From Parcubacteria group bacterium Greene0714_7 (GTDB lineage: Bacteria > Patescibacteriota > Minisyncoccia > Phycocordibacterales > Phycocordibacteraceae), in contig VMHB01000005.1 of assembly GCA_007378985.1 (NCBI GenBank), forward strand, positions 9,235 to 73,234: a stretch of 64,000 nt of DNA, in the 5' to 3' direction. Below, one piece after another: positions 48,271 through 57,264 of the stretch (position 1 is its first letter; every line of letters begins with the position of its first letter). The position numbers were made by a program, and so were the translations under genes. The notes beneath the pieces were generated by a model that saw only the letters and a program-made list of their open reading frames with translations, was not told where the DNA came from and did no database searches.

Positions 48271-48298
48271 CCTATATATCAGTTAACTGATATATAGG
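48271..48298 (+). repeat. 28-nt perfect palindrome CCTATATATCAGTTAACTGATATATAGG between convergent tal and tkt genes (copy 2; copy 1 at 6049..6078)
   Basis: Read directly; AT-rich, so more likely a protein-binding or REP-like site than an intrinsic terminator. Confidence 0.65.
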
Positions 48299-48320
48299 AA
48301 ACGCATCGGATTTAAAACAG

Positions 48321-49316
48321 TTACTTCGATTTTCTAGCGAGCACTTTCAGAACTGCTTTTTCTATGCCAATCGCATCAAGACCGTAGTAGTGTAAAAGCT
48401 CTTGTGGCTCGCCTGACTGACCGAACGCGTTATGCATACCCACAAACTCCATAGGCACTGGATGATTTTGTACGAGAAATTCCGCAACGGCACTGCCAAA
48501 TCCTCCCGCTACTTGGTGTTCCTCCACCGTTACTACTGCACCCGCATCTTTCACTGCTTCTAAAATAGTTTTTTCATCAAGTGGCTTTACTGTGTGACTA
48601 TTTATAACCGATACGCTAATCCCCTTTCCCTCTAACGACTTCGCTGCAAGAAGTGCTTCATATACCAAATGTCCCGCAGCTATAATTGCGACATTGGGTT
48701 TTTCTGGTTTCCAAAGATAGTATGCTTTCCCAATTTCAAATGGAGTTTCCGGAGTTGTAAATGTCGCAACTTTGTCACGACCAAATCGCAAGTATGTTGG
48801 CTTGCCATTTTTAGCAGATGCAACCACCGCTTTTCTTCCTTCTTCTGCGTCCGCAGGAACGATGACAATCATGTTGGGAAGCGCTCGCATCATTGCAATG
48901 TCTTCAAGCATTTGGTGTGTTGCGCCATCAGGACCCACCGAAATACCTGCGTGCATTCCACACACTTTCACCGGCACATTATTTAAAGCAATCGTGGTGC
49001 GAATCTGTTCGTAGTTACGCCCCGGACTAAACGCAGCGTAGGACGCGATGAATGGAATTTTTCCAACCGCAGCCATACCCGCCGCAACAGTTGCGAGGTT
49101 TTGCTCCGCAACACCAACCTCCACAAATCGATCTGGAAATTCTTTCTGAAACCACGATGCGCGCGTAGAGTCACCTAAATCAGCCGATAGAACAACAACA
49201 TTCTTGTTTGCTTTTCCTGCTTCCACGGTGCCCATACCAAGCCCATCGCGAGTAGGCGTTTTTTCAATTGCGTCGGTAAATACTTTTTCTGAGAGTTTTG
49301 CGTCTTGTGGAATCAT
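48321..49316 (-). CDS. transketolase, C-terminal section (pyrimidine-binding and C-terminal domains)
   Basis: 331 aa; split transketolase second half. Confidence 0.85.
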   Translation of the reverse strand: MIPQDAKLSEKVFTDAIEKTPTRDGLGMGTVEAGKANKNVVVLSADLGDSTRASWFQKEFPDRFVEVGVAEQNLATVAAGMAAVGKIPFIASYAAFSPGRNYEQIRTTIALNNVPVKVCGMHAGISVGPDGATHQMLEDIAMMRALPNMIVIVPADAEEGRKAVVASAKNGKPTYLRFGRDKVATFTTPETPFEIGKAYYLWKPEKPNVAIIAAGHLVYEALLAAKSLEGKGISVSVINSHTVKPLDEKTILEAVKDAGAVVTVEEHQVAGGFGSAVAEFLVQNHPVPMEFVGMHNAFGQSGEPQELLHYYGLDAIGIEKAVLKVLARKSK

Positions 49317-49474
49317 GAATATAGAATTGCAGTAAATCAGTTCGTAAGGAATCTCACTATAAGAATAAGCACGATTAGCGTAGCGACGAGTATGAGTACT
49401 TTTACTGCACCCTTAAACACAATGTCGTAAATCTTATTTTTATCCATATGTATATAGTATAACCGTGCTAAAAA

Positions 49475-50317
49475 TTACTTTTTTGCTGACTCGCGAATTT
49501 GCGCAATAAACGACTCCTCTTGGTCCGCTTTCGGTGGATTGCCATGCCAGTGGTAATCAAACTCAATCTCCTTAACGCCTTTCCCGGGAATAGTGTGGGC
49601 AAGAATCATCGTGGGCTTCTCATAAATAGCCTTCGCTTCTTCAACGGCACTCACAATCTCAGTCATGTTATGGCCATCAATTTCAATAACATGCCAATTA
49701 AATGCACGGTATTTATCTGCCAATGGCTCCAGTGGCATCACGTCTTCTGTCATGCCTTCTATCTGAATATTATTCCTATCCATAATCGCCGTGAGATTGT
49801 GCAATCTATTTTTGCCAGCAAACATTACGCCTTCCCATGTGTTTCCTTCTTGCTGTTCCCCGTCGGAAACTGCGCAATAGGTCCGCCATTTTTCCCCGTC
49901 CATCTTCGCTGCATATGCAATACCCGCCGCTTGTGACAAACCAGAACCAAGTGGTCCTGATGTTGTTTCAAGTCCTGGCAACATGTCACGCTCTGGATGC
50001 CCCTGAAGACGGCTGCCAAGCTTGCGGAGAGTCAAACATTCTTCAATCGGGAAATATCCAGCATGGGCCATTGCAGAATATCTAACAGGCGTTATGTGAC
50101 CATTCGAAAGAATAAGTCGATCACGCTCTTCCCAATCAGGATTTTTAGGGTCATGATTTAAAATATGAAAATAAAATGCAGTAAATATATCTGCCATTCC
50201 TAAAGGACCTGCGGTGTGACCAGACTTCGCAGCAACAAGCATGCGAATGATTGTCTCGCGTACATCGCGCGCTTTTTCTTCAAGAGCAGTAATTTGTTCG
50301 TCAGTTAAATGACTCAT
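49475..50317 (-). CDS. transketolase, N-terminal section (thiamine-diphosphate-binding)
   Basis: 280 aa; GHTAGPLGMADI, SNGH motifs. Confidence 0.85.
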   Translation of the reverse strand: MSHLTDEQITALEEKARDVRETIIRMLVAAKSGHTAGPLGMADIFTAFYFHILNHDPKNPDWEERDRLILSNGHITPVRYSAMAHAGYFPIEECLTLRKLGSRLQGHPERDMLPGLETTSGPLGSGLSQAAGIAYAAKMDGEKWRTYCAVSDGEQQEGNTWEGVMFAGKNRLHNLTAIMDRNNIQIEGMTEDVMPLEPLADKYRAFNWHVIEIDGHNMTEIVSAVEEAKAIYEKPTMILAHTIPGKGVKEIEFDYHWHGNPPKADQEESFIAQIRESAKK

Positions 50318-51000
50318 ACGCGTAGTGATTCCAAATAGTTGATGACTTCTTTTGGATTCTCCGATTTAAAAATAAATGAACCTGGCGCAAGTCGTGTAGC
50401 CCCTGCGGAAACTAATAACGAAGCAGTGTCTTTATTCACCGCACCATCAACTTCAATAATAACATTCGGATAGCGCTTTTTAACTTCACGAATTGATTCA
50501 AGAACTCTAGGGTCAAAAGGCTGCCCCTGCTTTCCTAGGTTAGCAATTCCCATGAGCTGAACAACGCTAATGTGTTCAATGTACTCATCGATACGCGAAA
50601 TTGGCGTATCCACATTAAGCGCAATTCCGAGCTCAATTTTATCCTTTGCAATGACTTGGCACGCCCCAAAATTATGTTTCGTTTCAATATGAATGAGCGC
50701 ACGACATATGCCAGCTTGAATCCAATCCGAAAGTAGATTTTCAGGATTGTGCACCATCATGTCTAACTCAAAATCAAAATCTTCCCAATGTGGCAAGGTT
50801 TCATCTCCTAATACAATTCGTTGAAATTGCTCTTGGTCTTCTGGGTGCATGGGCCACGAAATATTCGGGACAAATATTCCATCGGTGATATCAATTTGAA
50901 ATGTTGATACCAAACCTCGTACGCGACCAATTTTTTCATCGAGCTCTTTAAATGTACTCGCAGGAAGTGAAGGAATTACTTCAATCATGAAATCAATCAA
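50314..51000 (-). CDS. rpe: ribulose-phosphate 3-epimerase
   Basis: 228 aa; TIM-barrel RPE-like DITDGIFVPN. Confidence 0.75.
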   Translation of the reverse strand: MIDFMIEVIPSLPASTFKELDEKIGRVRGLVSTFQIDITDGIFVPNISWPMHPEDQEQFQRIVLGDETLPHWEDFDFELDMMVHNPENLLSDWIQAGICRALIHIETKHNFGACQVIAKDKIELGIALNVDTPISRIDEYIEHISVVQLMGIANLGKQGQPFDPRVLESIREVKKRYPNVIIEVDGAVNKDTASLLVSAGATRLAPGSFIFKSENPKEVINYLESLRV

Positions 51001-51499
51001 TCATTTCGTGCCGCCTTTGATGCCGAACGTTTCCACTAAACGGTGTTTCAAGCCAACGCCTTACTGCATCTTTTGCCTCTTCTTCGGTGAGAAATCTTCC
51101 AGCGAGAGAAAGTATGTTTGAATTGTTATGCTCGCGCGTTGAAGTGACCATATCTAGCTTAGCACCATCGGCATCTACTTGTGGTCCCTTTGGTTCACCG
51201 TAATACACAACTGCACGCACTCCTTTAAAACGATTTGCCGTAAATGCCTCGCCTTGCCCTGAGCCACCAATAACAATTCCACGTACATGCTCTGGATCTT
51301 CAGAAACCTTCACCCCCGCTTGTTTGATAAATAGTGGGTAGTCATCAGCCATATCAAGTGTAAAGGCGCCAACATCTTCTACTTCGTATCCAAGCCCTTG
51401 AACAAAGGGCTTCAATATTTCTTTTAGCGCAAAACCTCCATGATCAGCTGCAAAAACTATTTTCATCCCGTTAGAAGTCTTACCATAAACAGTTTTCAT
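50993..51499 (-). CDS. rpiB: ribose-5-phosphate isomerase B
   Basis: MKIVFAADHGGFALK (likely real start at ~51466). Confidence 0.85.
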   Translation of the reverse strand: MKTVYGKTSNGMKIVFAADHGGFALKEILKPFVQGLGYEVEDVGAFTLDMADDYPLFIKQAGVKVSEDPEHVRGIVIGGSGQGEAFTANRFKGVRAVVYYGEPKGPQVDADGAKLDMVTSTREHNNSNILSLAGRFLTEEEAKDAVRRWLETPFSGNVRHQRRHEMID

Positions 51500-51576
51500 A
51501 TAAAATATTTTAGAAACTTAGATTTGAATCTGCACAATATGCAATCCGTACGCTGGAACTTCTAACGGGATTCATA

Positions 51577-52602
51577 CTAAAGATATTTTCCTGCTTCCGT
51601 TACGTGCTTAAGTAGCGTATGCACATACCCCATTTCATTGTCATACCAACTGAGCACCTTAACGAGATTGCCATCAACCACACGAGTCATCGAAAGATCT
51701 GCAATGGCGCCGTAAGGTTCACCAATGATGTCAGAAGAAACAATTTCTTCATCGGTTGCAGTAAAAATTCCTTCCCAGCGCAGATCCTTTGCGGCTTTTC
51801 GTAAAACATCATTTACCTCTTCAACGGTGGTAGCTCTTTTTGCAATGAAGGTAATGTCTGCAACGGAGCCTGATGGAACAGGTACTCGAAGTGAAATGCC
51901 ATCAAACTTTCCTTTCAAAGGTTCGTACACTGTCGCAACGGCAACAGCTGCGCCTGTAGAAGAAGGAATAATGTTTTGTGCCGCCGCCCTTCCTTCTCGC
52001 ATATCTTTTTTGGAAATGCCATCAACAATCGCCTGACTTGCGGTGTATGCGTGTGTAGTAGAAAGAATAGCTTTTTCAATTCCAATTGCCTTGTCAAGAA
52101 TCGCAATCACGGGGCTCGCTGCATTCGTGGTGCATGACGCATTTGATGACACCTGGCAGGTTGCCAGCTTTTCATCGTTGATACCCATCAAAACCATTGC
52201 GCTTGTTACCCCTGTAGGAACTTCGCCTTTTGCAGGTGCAGTGATGACAACACGCTTTGCACCCGCAGTTATATGTACCGATGCTTTTTCATAATCATTA
52301 AAGACGCCAGTAGCTTCGACAACGATATCAACACCAATATCTTTCCACGGAAGATTTACAAGTTCTTTCTCTGCGGAAAAAACAACTTTTCTCCCATTCA
52401 CTAAAAGTCCGCCATCTGTAGGCTCGATAGAAAATAATGCGCGACGATATACAGAGTCGTATTTAAGAAGATAGGCAAGATTTTTTACCTCTGCCAAATC
52501 ATTAACCGCAACAACCTCTAAATTTGGATTCTCCTCGGCAAGCCTGAAGAATGCCCGTCCTATTCTGCCAAAACCATTGATAGCTACGCGAATTTTTTTC
52601 AT
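51577..52602 (-). CDS. gap: glyceraldehyde-3-phosphate dehydrogenase
   Basis: 341 aa; MKKIRVAINGFGRIGR; catalytic SNASCTTN. Confidence 0.9.
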   Translation of the reverse strand: MKKIRVAINGFGRIGRAFFRLAEENPNLEVVAVNDLAEVKNLAYLLKYDSVYRRALFSIEPTDGGLLVNGRKVVFSAEKELVNLPWKDIGVDIVVEATGVFNDYEKASVHITAGAKRVVITAPAKGEVPTGVTSAMVLMGINDEKLATCQVSSNASCTTNAASPVIAILDKAIGIEKAILSTTHAYTASQAIVDGISKKDMREGRAAAQNIIPSSTGAAVAVATVYEPLKGKFDGISLRVPVPSGSVADITFIAKRATTVEEVNDVLRKAAKDLRWEGIFTATDEEIVSSDIIGEPYGAIADLSMTRVVDGNLVKVLSWYDNEMGYVHTLLKHVTEAGKYL

Positions 52603-52640
52603 CCCGTGATTTTAACACGCTTAGTTTTCTCATCCCCACA

Positions 52641-53395
52641 CAATGTTCGACTTCGTAAGTCGAACATTGTAGAATAAAGTAAAGAATTATGGATCTGTAC
52701 CATGCACTTAATCGTGGAGTCGAAAAGAAAGATATTTTTCTTGATACGCAAGACTATGCACGTTTTGTGCACGATTTGTATGTATTCAATGATATTCGCC
52801 CAGCAGAAAATACGCGTCGCAACCTACAACCTCAAATGTTCGACTTACGAAGTCGAACATTTGAGAAGAGGGAGAAATTAGTGGAGCTGCACGGTTGGTG
52901 CTTAATGCGGAACCACTATCACCTGCTTCTATCAGAAAAAAGTGAAGGCGGTATTGCCAAATTCCTTCGAAAATTAAATATAGGGTATGCAAAATACTTC
53001 AATGAAAAATACGAACGGAATGGGTATGTATTTAGCGGACGGACGAAAAAAGTACTGATAGAAAATGACGCTCAATTCAACTATATCCTTCACTACATTC
53101 ATTTGAATCCACTTGATTATCTGAAAGGTGCTGAAGAGTGGAGAATACGGAGTAAAGGTGGTATCAAAAACCTGAAGGATGCGCTAGCGTACCTTAAATC
53201 CTACCGCTGGAGTAGTTACCTTGATTACATTGGGGAACAAAACTTCCCTTCTATACTTACCACTTCTCTTTTTGGAGAGCCATCAGGAAGTTACGAAAAA
53301 ACTATAGAGAAGTATCTGAAAGGTGCCGAACATACTGAGCTCAAATCAAACTCAATCGCGTTAGAATGATGTGGGACCTACGAGGTCCCACATAT
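52641..53395 (+). mobile_element. RAYT-like unit: Y1 (IS200-like) transposase gene flanked by two related 25-nt palindromes (ATGTTCGACTTCGTAAGTCGAACAT upstream, ATGTGGGACCTACGAGGTCCCACAT downstream)
   Basis: Both palindromes share ATGTnnGACn...nGTCnnACAT; inverted-orientation copies occur inside the RAYT CDS (~52836) and inside pheT (~29113). Confidence 0.6.
52689..53369 (+). CDS. IS200/IS605-family Y1 (HUH) transposase, REP-associated tyrosine transposase-like
   Basis: 226 aa; YHALNRGVEKKDIF...LMRNHYHLLL (HUH motif)...NYILHYIHLNP (candidate catalytic Tyr helix). Confidence 0.7.
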   Translation: MDLYHALNRGVEKKDIFLDTQDYARFVHDLYVFNDIRPAENTRRNLQPQMFDLRSRTFEKREKLVELHGWCLMRNHYHLLLSEKSEGGIAKFLRKLNIGYAKYFNEKYERNGYVFSGRTKKVLIENDAQFNYILHYIHLNPLDYLKGAEEWRIRSKGGIKNLKDALAYLKSYRWSSYLDYIGEQNFPSILTTSLFGEPSGSYEKTIEKYLKGAEHTELKSNSIALE

Positions 53396-53411
53396 TATTG
53401 ATTGGGGGGGG

Positions 53412-54347
53412 TTAGCGGATTTGAACACGACCTCCGCGAATGAGAAAACGACCTCCTTTTATTTTGAATTTTGCTAGAGAGGTACTGCCAGTTTCAGTTG
53501 AGGTGTAGGTGATGATGATGAGTCCGCCAGCGCCGTTGCCACCACTGCCAGCAAACCCATTGGCATCGCAACGCGCCCCACCTCCTCCTGCCCCACCACC
53601 ATAATTTCCTCCATTGCCACCGTTACCACCGCTAAATGCTCCCGGCCCTGCTGAACCTCCTACACCACCTCCACCGCCGGAACCATATCCTGGGGTAGTG
53701 CTGTATTCGTAGCCTGGATACCCAACTCCACCAGCGCCCCCGTCAGAAGGAAGATCAGGACAAAAATCAAATCCTCCGTCACCATTGAAACCACCAAAAC
53801 CAGCATCAGCATATCCTGTGACTACCTGTCCAGCGCCATTTGGTCCTGCCGCATTCCCCCCCCAACTCGCTCCATCGCTTCCACTATATTTAACGGTTCC
53901 AACTGAAGCCGCTGCGGTCCCTCCAGTTCCATTAGTTGAACCCGAAGCAGTTGTACCCCCCTTTGCACACACAGAAGGAGTTGGAGAACCAGCACAGGTG
54001 GTAGCCGTAGTATTAAAAACAGTATCAGAAGTCGCAATAACTCGATAGGTCACACTTGCGCCTGCAGTTAAATCAAGATTACTTATACTGGCGTACGCAC
54101 CACCACCACCGCCACCACCGCCAACGTTCGCCGAACCTCCGTGCCCACCACCGCCAATTGTCTCAATAGTGTCAACATCTGACCAATCGGCAGGAACTGT
54201 CCAGCTGGTTCCAGAAGTTAGGAAAACTCTTTTTGAAAGTGCGGCGTGAGCTTCATGCTGAGGAGTAATGAATGTGCTACCAAGAAAAACAAAAACACCA
54301 AAAACAAAAAGGTGGGCAAGGCCGTGTAATGTTTTTTCTATATTCAT
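53412..54347 (-). CDS. secreted glycine-rich protein (311 aa)
   Basis: Signal peptide; long Gly-rich stretches; poly-G DNA tract (9 G) immediately 3' of the stop. Confidence 0.45.
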   Translation of the reverse strand: MNIEKTLHGLAHLFVFGVFVFLGSTFITPQHEAHAALSKRVFLTSGTSWTVPADWSDVDTIETIGGGGHGGSANVGGGGGGGGAYASISNLDLTAGASVTYRVIATSDTVFNTTATTCAGSPTPSVCAKGGTTASGSTNGTGGTAAASVGTVKYSGSDGASWGGNAAGPNGAGQVVTGYADAGFGGFNGDGGFDFCPDLPSDGGAGGVGYPGYEYSTTPGYGSGGGGGVGGSAGPGAFSGGNGGNGGNYGGGAGGGGARCDANGFAGSGGNGAGGLIIITYTSTETGSTSLAKFKIKGGRFLIRGGRVQIR

Positions 54348-54727
54348 GGTGTTCCGTCAAGCCGTCGCCACTCCACACCGTTACATCCTAAAAATTTCTT
54401 GTAAAGTGCGTCGTATCGAATGGCACCTTCAATCGCTGTAGTACATTCTCTTGGTTCCGTTGAATAGGTACGAATCATTCCGTACACATCAAGCTCTGTT
54501 GTTGGCGCTTGATTACGAACTCCCACTTTTCCATCAGCGGTCACTGTAAAATAGTTGTCGCCCGTTGAACTTGCAACTTGAAAAATATTTCCACTGGTGT
54601 CTACACCATCAAAGACAATGCCGGAAGAATTCACACTCCAAAACCACACCCCGCCAACAACGAGTGCACCAAATACAAATGAAGCGAGCATGAGGATTGT
54701 ATGTGCGTTTTTCATATCGGCTTTCAT
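54344..54727 (-). CDS. small membrane-anchored protein with a single tail-fibre-type module (GKVGVRNQAPTTELDVYG)
   Basis: 127 aa; N-terminal TM; module matches the GNVGIGTTxPxxKLxV unit repeated in the downstream giant proteins. Confidence 0.4.
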   Translation of the reverse strand: MKADMKNAHTILMLASFVFGALVVGGVWFWSVNSSGIVFDGVDTSGNIFQVASSTGDNYFTVTADGKVGVRNQAPTTELDVYGMIRTYSTEPRECTTAIEGAIRYDALYKKFLGCNGVEWRRLDGTP

Positions 54728-54917
54728 TTTCTATCTAATTCTATTACGCTTTTTGCAGAGCATATAACTTACTCAACAACAGAATTGGAATCAACGCCAG
54801 TGATCAGCCCCCATGTTGGGTTTACGAAACCCAACATTTGAAACGGGGGGGGTCGAACTGGTCGACATACGATGTCTGCCATGGGGGTGTTCATACTACT
54901 CATACTAAGGAGAGTTT

Positions 54918-56665
54918 TCATGTGCCGGAGGGAGTGGATGTTGAGGAGGGTGTAGGGTTTAGCGTATCGGGTATAGGGGAAGCGGAGGGAGGAGTTGGTT
55001 CGGAAGTGCTTCCAGCAGACTCAACGATCACGGTGCGGGTGACGTTTGCGGTATTCCCCGCAACATCCACCGCTCGGTAGGTCACTGTGTGTGTGCCGGG
55101 AGCGCTCGTATCAAGATTCACTGTCAAGGTTTCAACGCCATCGAGTAGTGTAGTCATGCCGATGTTTTGGTCTACGTTGTCGGTGACCAACGCGCCAAGA
55201 TCAGCGTATGAATTACCTACCTGAATTGTTGCTGGATTGTTTCCATTAATAAGGATGGTGGGAGCTTGGGAGTCACCCTGAGGAAGGTTAGAGGTGCTAG
55301 GTTCTAGGTTAGAGGTGGAAGAAAATGTGGGAGTGGAGGTTGCGAGGTCAACGACGAAGTAGTCAAAAGATGCATCATTTTGAAGCGGTGCGTTCAGTGC
55401 AACAGTGAAACCACCGTCAGTCTTTTCACTCACATACCACCCGCTTCCAGTATTTGAATTGAAGGTGACAAACACTTTTGAATGTTCGGCAACGAGAATA
55501 TTTCGTACCAAGACACTCGTCTCCCCCGCTGGGATTGTTGCGGAGCCTGCGGGAGCGTCACCGGTAGCTCCTGGGGTTGCCACGAAGTGGTTTGCAGCAA
55601 GCGTGCTCGCAGTAACCGTACCATTTGCGATACTTACACTTTGACTCGTGAGTGCTGTTTCAAGTGCGCCCGCAATATTTCCAACTGCACCAGATACCGC
55701 ACCTGAGACACCACTTCCATTTTCCAAAGCAACAACGCGCGCGGTGAGTTCGGAAACTAGAGCAACGAGTGCATCAAATTTATTTGCCAAGCTCTGCAAA
55801 CCGCCCACCGCCACCGAAAGCAACTTGTACAAATCAATGCCGTTGCCTTTTGTGGAGCGAACAATCTGCGGAGCCTCTTCTGCAATGAGTCCCACTCTTC
55901 CTGCGCTTGCTGGTTCGTTTTTGTAGTGATACTCGGCAACCATGAGTCCGCGAACAGTTTCAAGGAAACTGTTCGCGGTAGTGGTGCTGATGTGTTGAAT
56001 GTCTGCCTTTGAATCCCCTTCTGAAAGATTCACGAATCCTGTTGCAATGATGTCGCCACCCACCGCAAGACGGTAGTTAGAACCTCCGGTGTTTGTTGGA
56101 GTAGTGGTGCCAATGCCCATGGTGCCGGTGGTCGCATCAATGGCGAAGTCCTGTGGCGCCAACCAGTACTGTGATGACACGAAAGTTTCTACGGTACCTG
56201 CAGTTGTTGAGGCTGTGTAATTTTCAAGTGCAATACCAATAGTCTGACCAGAATGGAGTGCTTTCACTGCAACGCCTGGTGTTGTGGTTGAAAGCATGAG
56301 TCTATCGCCAATTGCGATTGGGCCGTTTTCGATTGAAACTTTCACCGGTACACGACCAGAGAGATTAATCCTGGATCGGTTGAAACGACACCAAGTGGAA
56401 TAGAGCCGGGAGTCGCTGTGGTGATAGTCGTTCCGCTCGTCAAATCAAGTGAAGCAATAGTGCCTGCATTAATACTGACATCTGATGTTGGATAATTTTC
56501 TGCAACGTCGTAGGTACCTACAGAAGCGGAGCGGTAGTAGATACTTCCTGCCGTGGTGCCACAAGCAACAGTAGAGCCAGCACCTCCAGAGAAACAGCCA
56601 GCACCAACGACGGTGAAGTTGCTTTTTGGCGAGGTAGTACCCACGCCCACATTGCCGGTTGCCAT
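54918..56665 (-). CDS. tail-fibre-like protein, probably one gene split by a frameshift at ~56345 (ORFs 56342..56665 + 54918..56345), C-terminal Ig-like domain
   Basis: The upstream ORF opens with MATGNVGVGTTSPKSNFTVVG, the GNVG[IV]GTTxP fibre module found in the giant genes downstream; the ORFs abut with a 4-nt overlap in different frames; the CDS holds a 7-bp periodic TAGGT array (~55290..55325) encoding STSNLEPSTSNLP. Confidence 0.4.
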
Positions 56666-56697
56666 GATGTCAAAGTAGCTGGTGCCCGTTGAAGTGG

Positions 56698-57264
56698 CTA
56701 CCGAGAAAATATTATTCTTGGGGATGTGGAGGCGATACCAAGAAAACCGGAACCGTTAATGCGAATGTTTTCAACACCTCCGTCAGAAAAACTTAGCTGG
56801 TTTCCTGAATCCATGTCGAAGTTAAGAAGCCCTGAAGAAGGGTGCTTTATGAAGAGCGAGCTGTTGGTGCCGTCGGTAAATTTAGCAGAGGTACCTGCTG
56901 CTGACACAACCACGCTCAGTTTTTCACCCGGACTCGCCGTGCCAATACCGACGTTGCCACTTGCGAGAATACGCATGCGTTCAGTAAGTGCGGTGTCGCT
57001 CACAGCATTACGAGTTGAAAAAGCCAAATCACCGATAGTGTTGGTGGTTCCATTTGTAAGTAAGCCCTTAATGGCAGCAAAACCTACAGACCCAGCAGCT
57101 ACTGACTGAGCATTTCCAAAGGTAAGAGTTCCTCCATTTCCGGCTGCGGATCCGCTTGAATTGAGGGCAAGCATTCCCGTGGTCACTCCTGCATCAGTGA
57201 GTGCAGCAGTTGTTTGAGAGGCTCCGTACACTTCAAGGGAAGCTGTTTTTCTCCACACTATCAA
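56698..57264 (-). CDS. tail-fibre-like protein N-terminal domain paralog (188 aa)
   Basis: MIVWRKTASLEVYGASQTTAALTDAGVTTGMLALNSS... ~95% identical at DNA level to the N-terminal domain encoded at 60085..60410. Confidence 0.4.
   Translation of the reverse strand: MIVWRKTASLEVYGASQTTAALTDAGVTTGMLALNSSGSAAGNGGTLTFGNAQSVAAGSVGFAAIKGLLTNGTTNTIGDLAFSTRNAVSDTALTERMRILASGNVGIGTASPGEKLSVVVSAAGTSAKFTDGTNSSLFIKHPSSGLLNFDMDSGNQLSFSDGGVENIRINGSGFLGIASTSPRIIFSR
56925..57250 (-). repeat. ~325-bp direct repeat, ~90-97% identical to 60085..60410, encoding the conserved fibre N-terminal domain and gene junction
   Basis: Aligned by eye: 57129..57250 vs 60289..60410 differ at ~3 positions. Confidence 0.7.
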
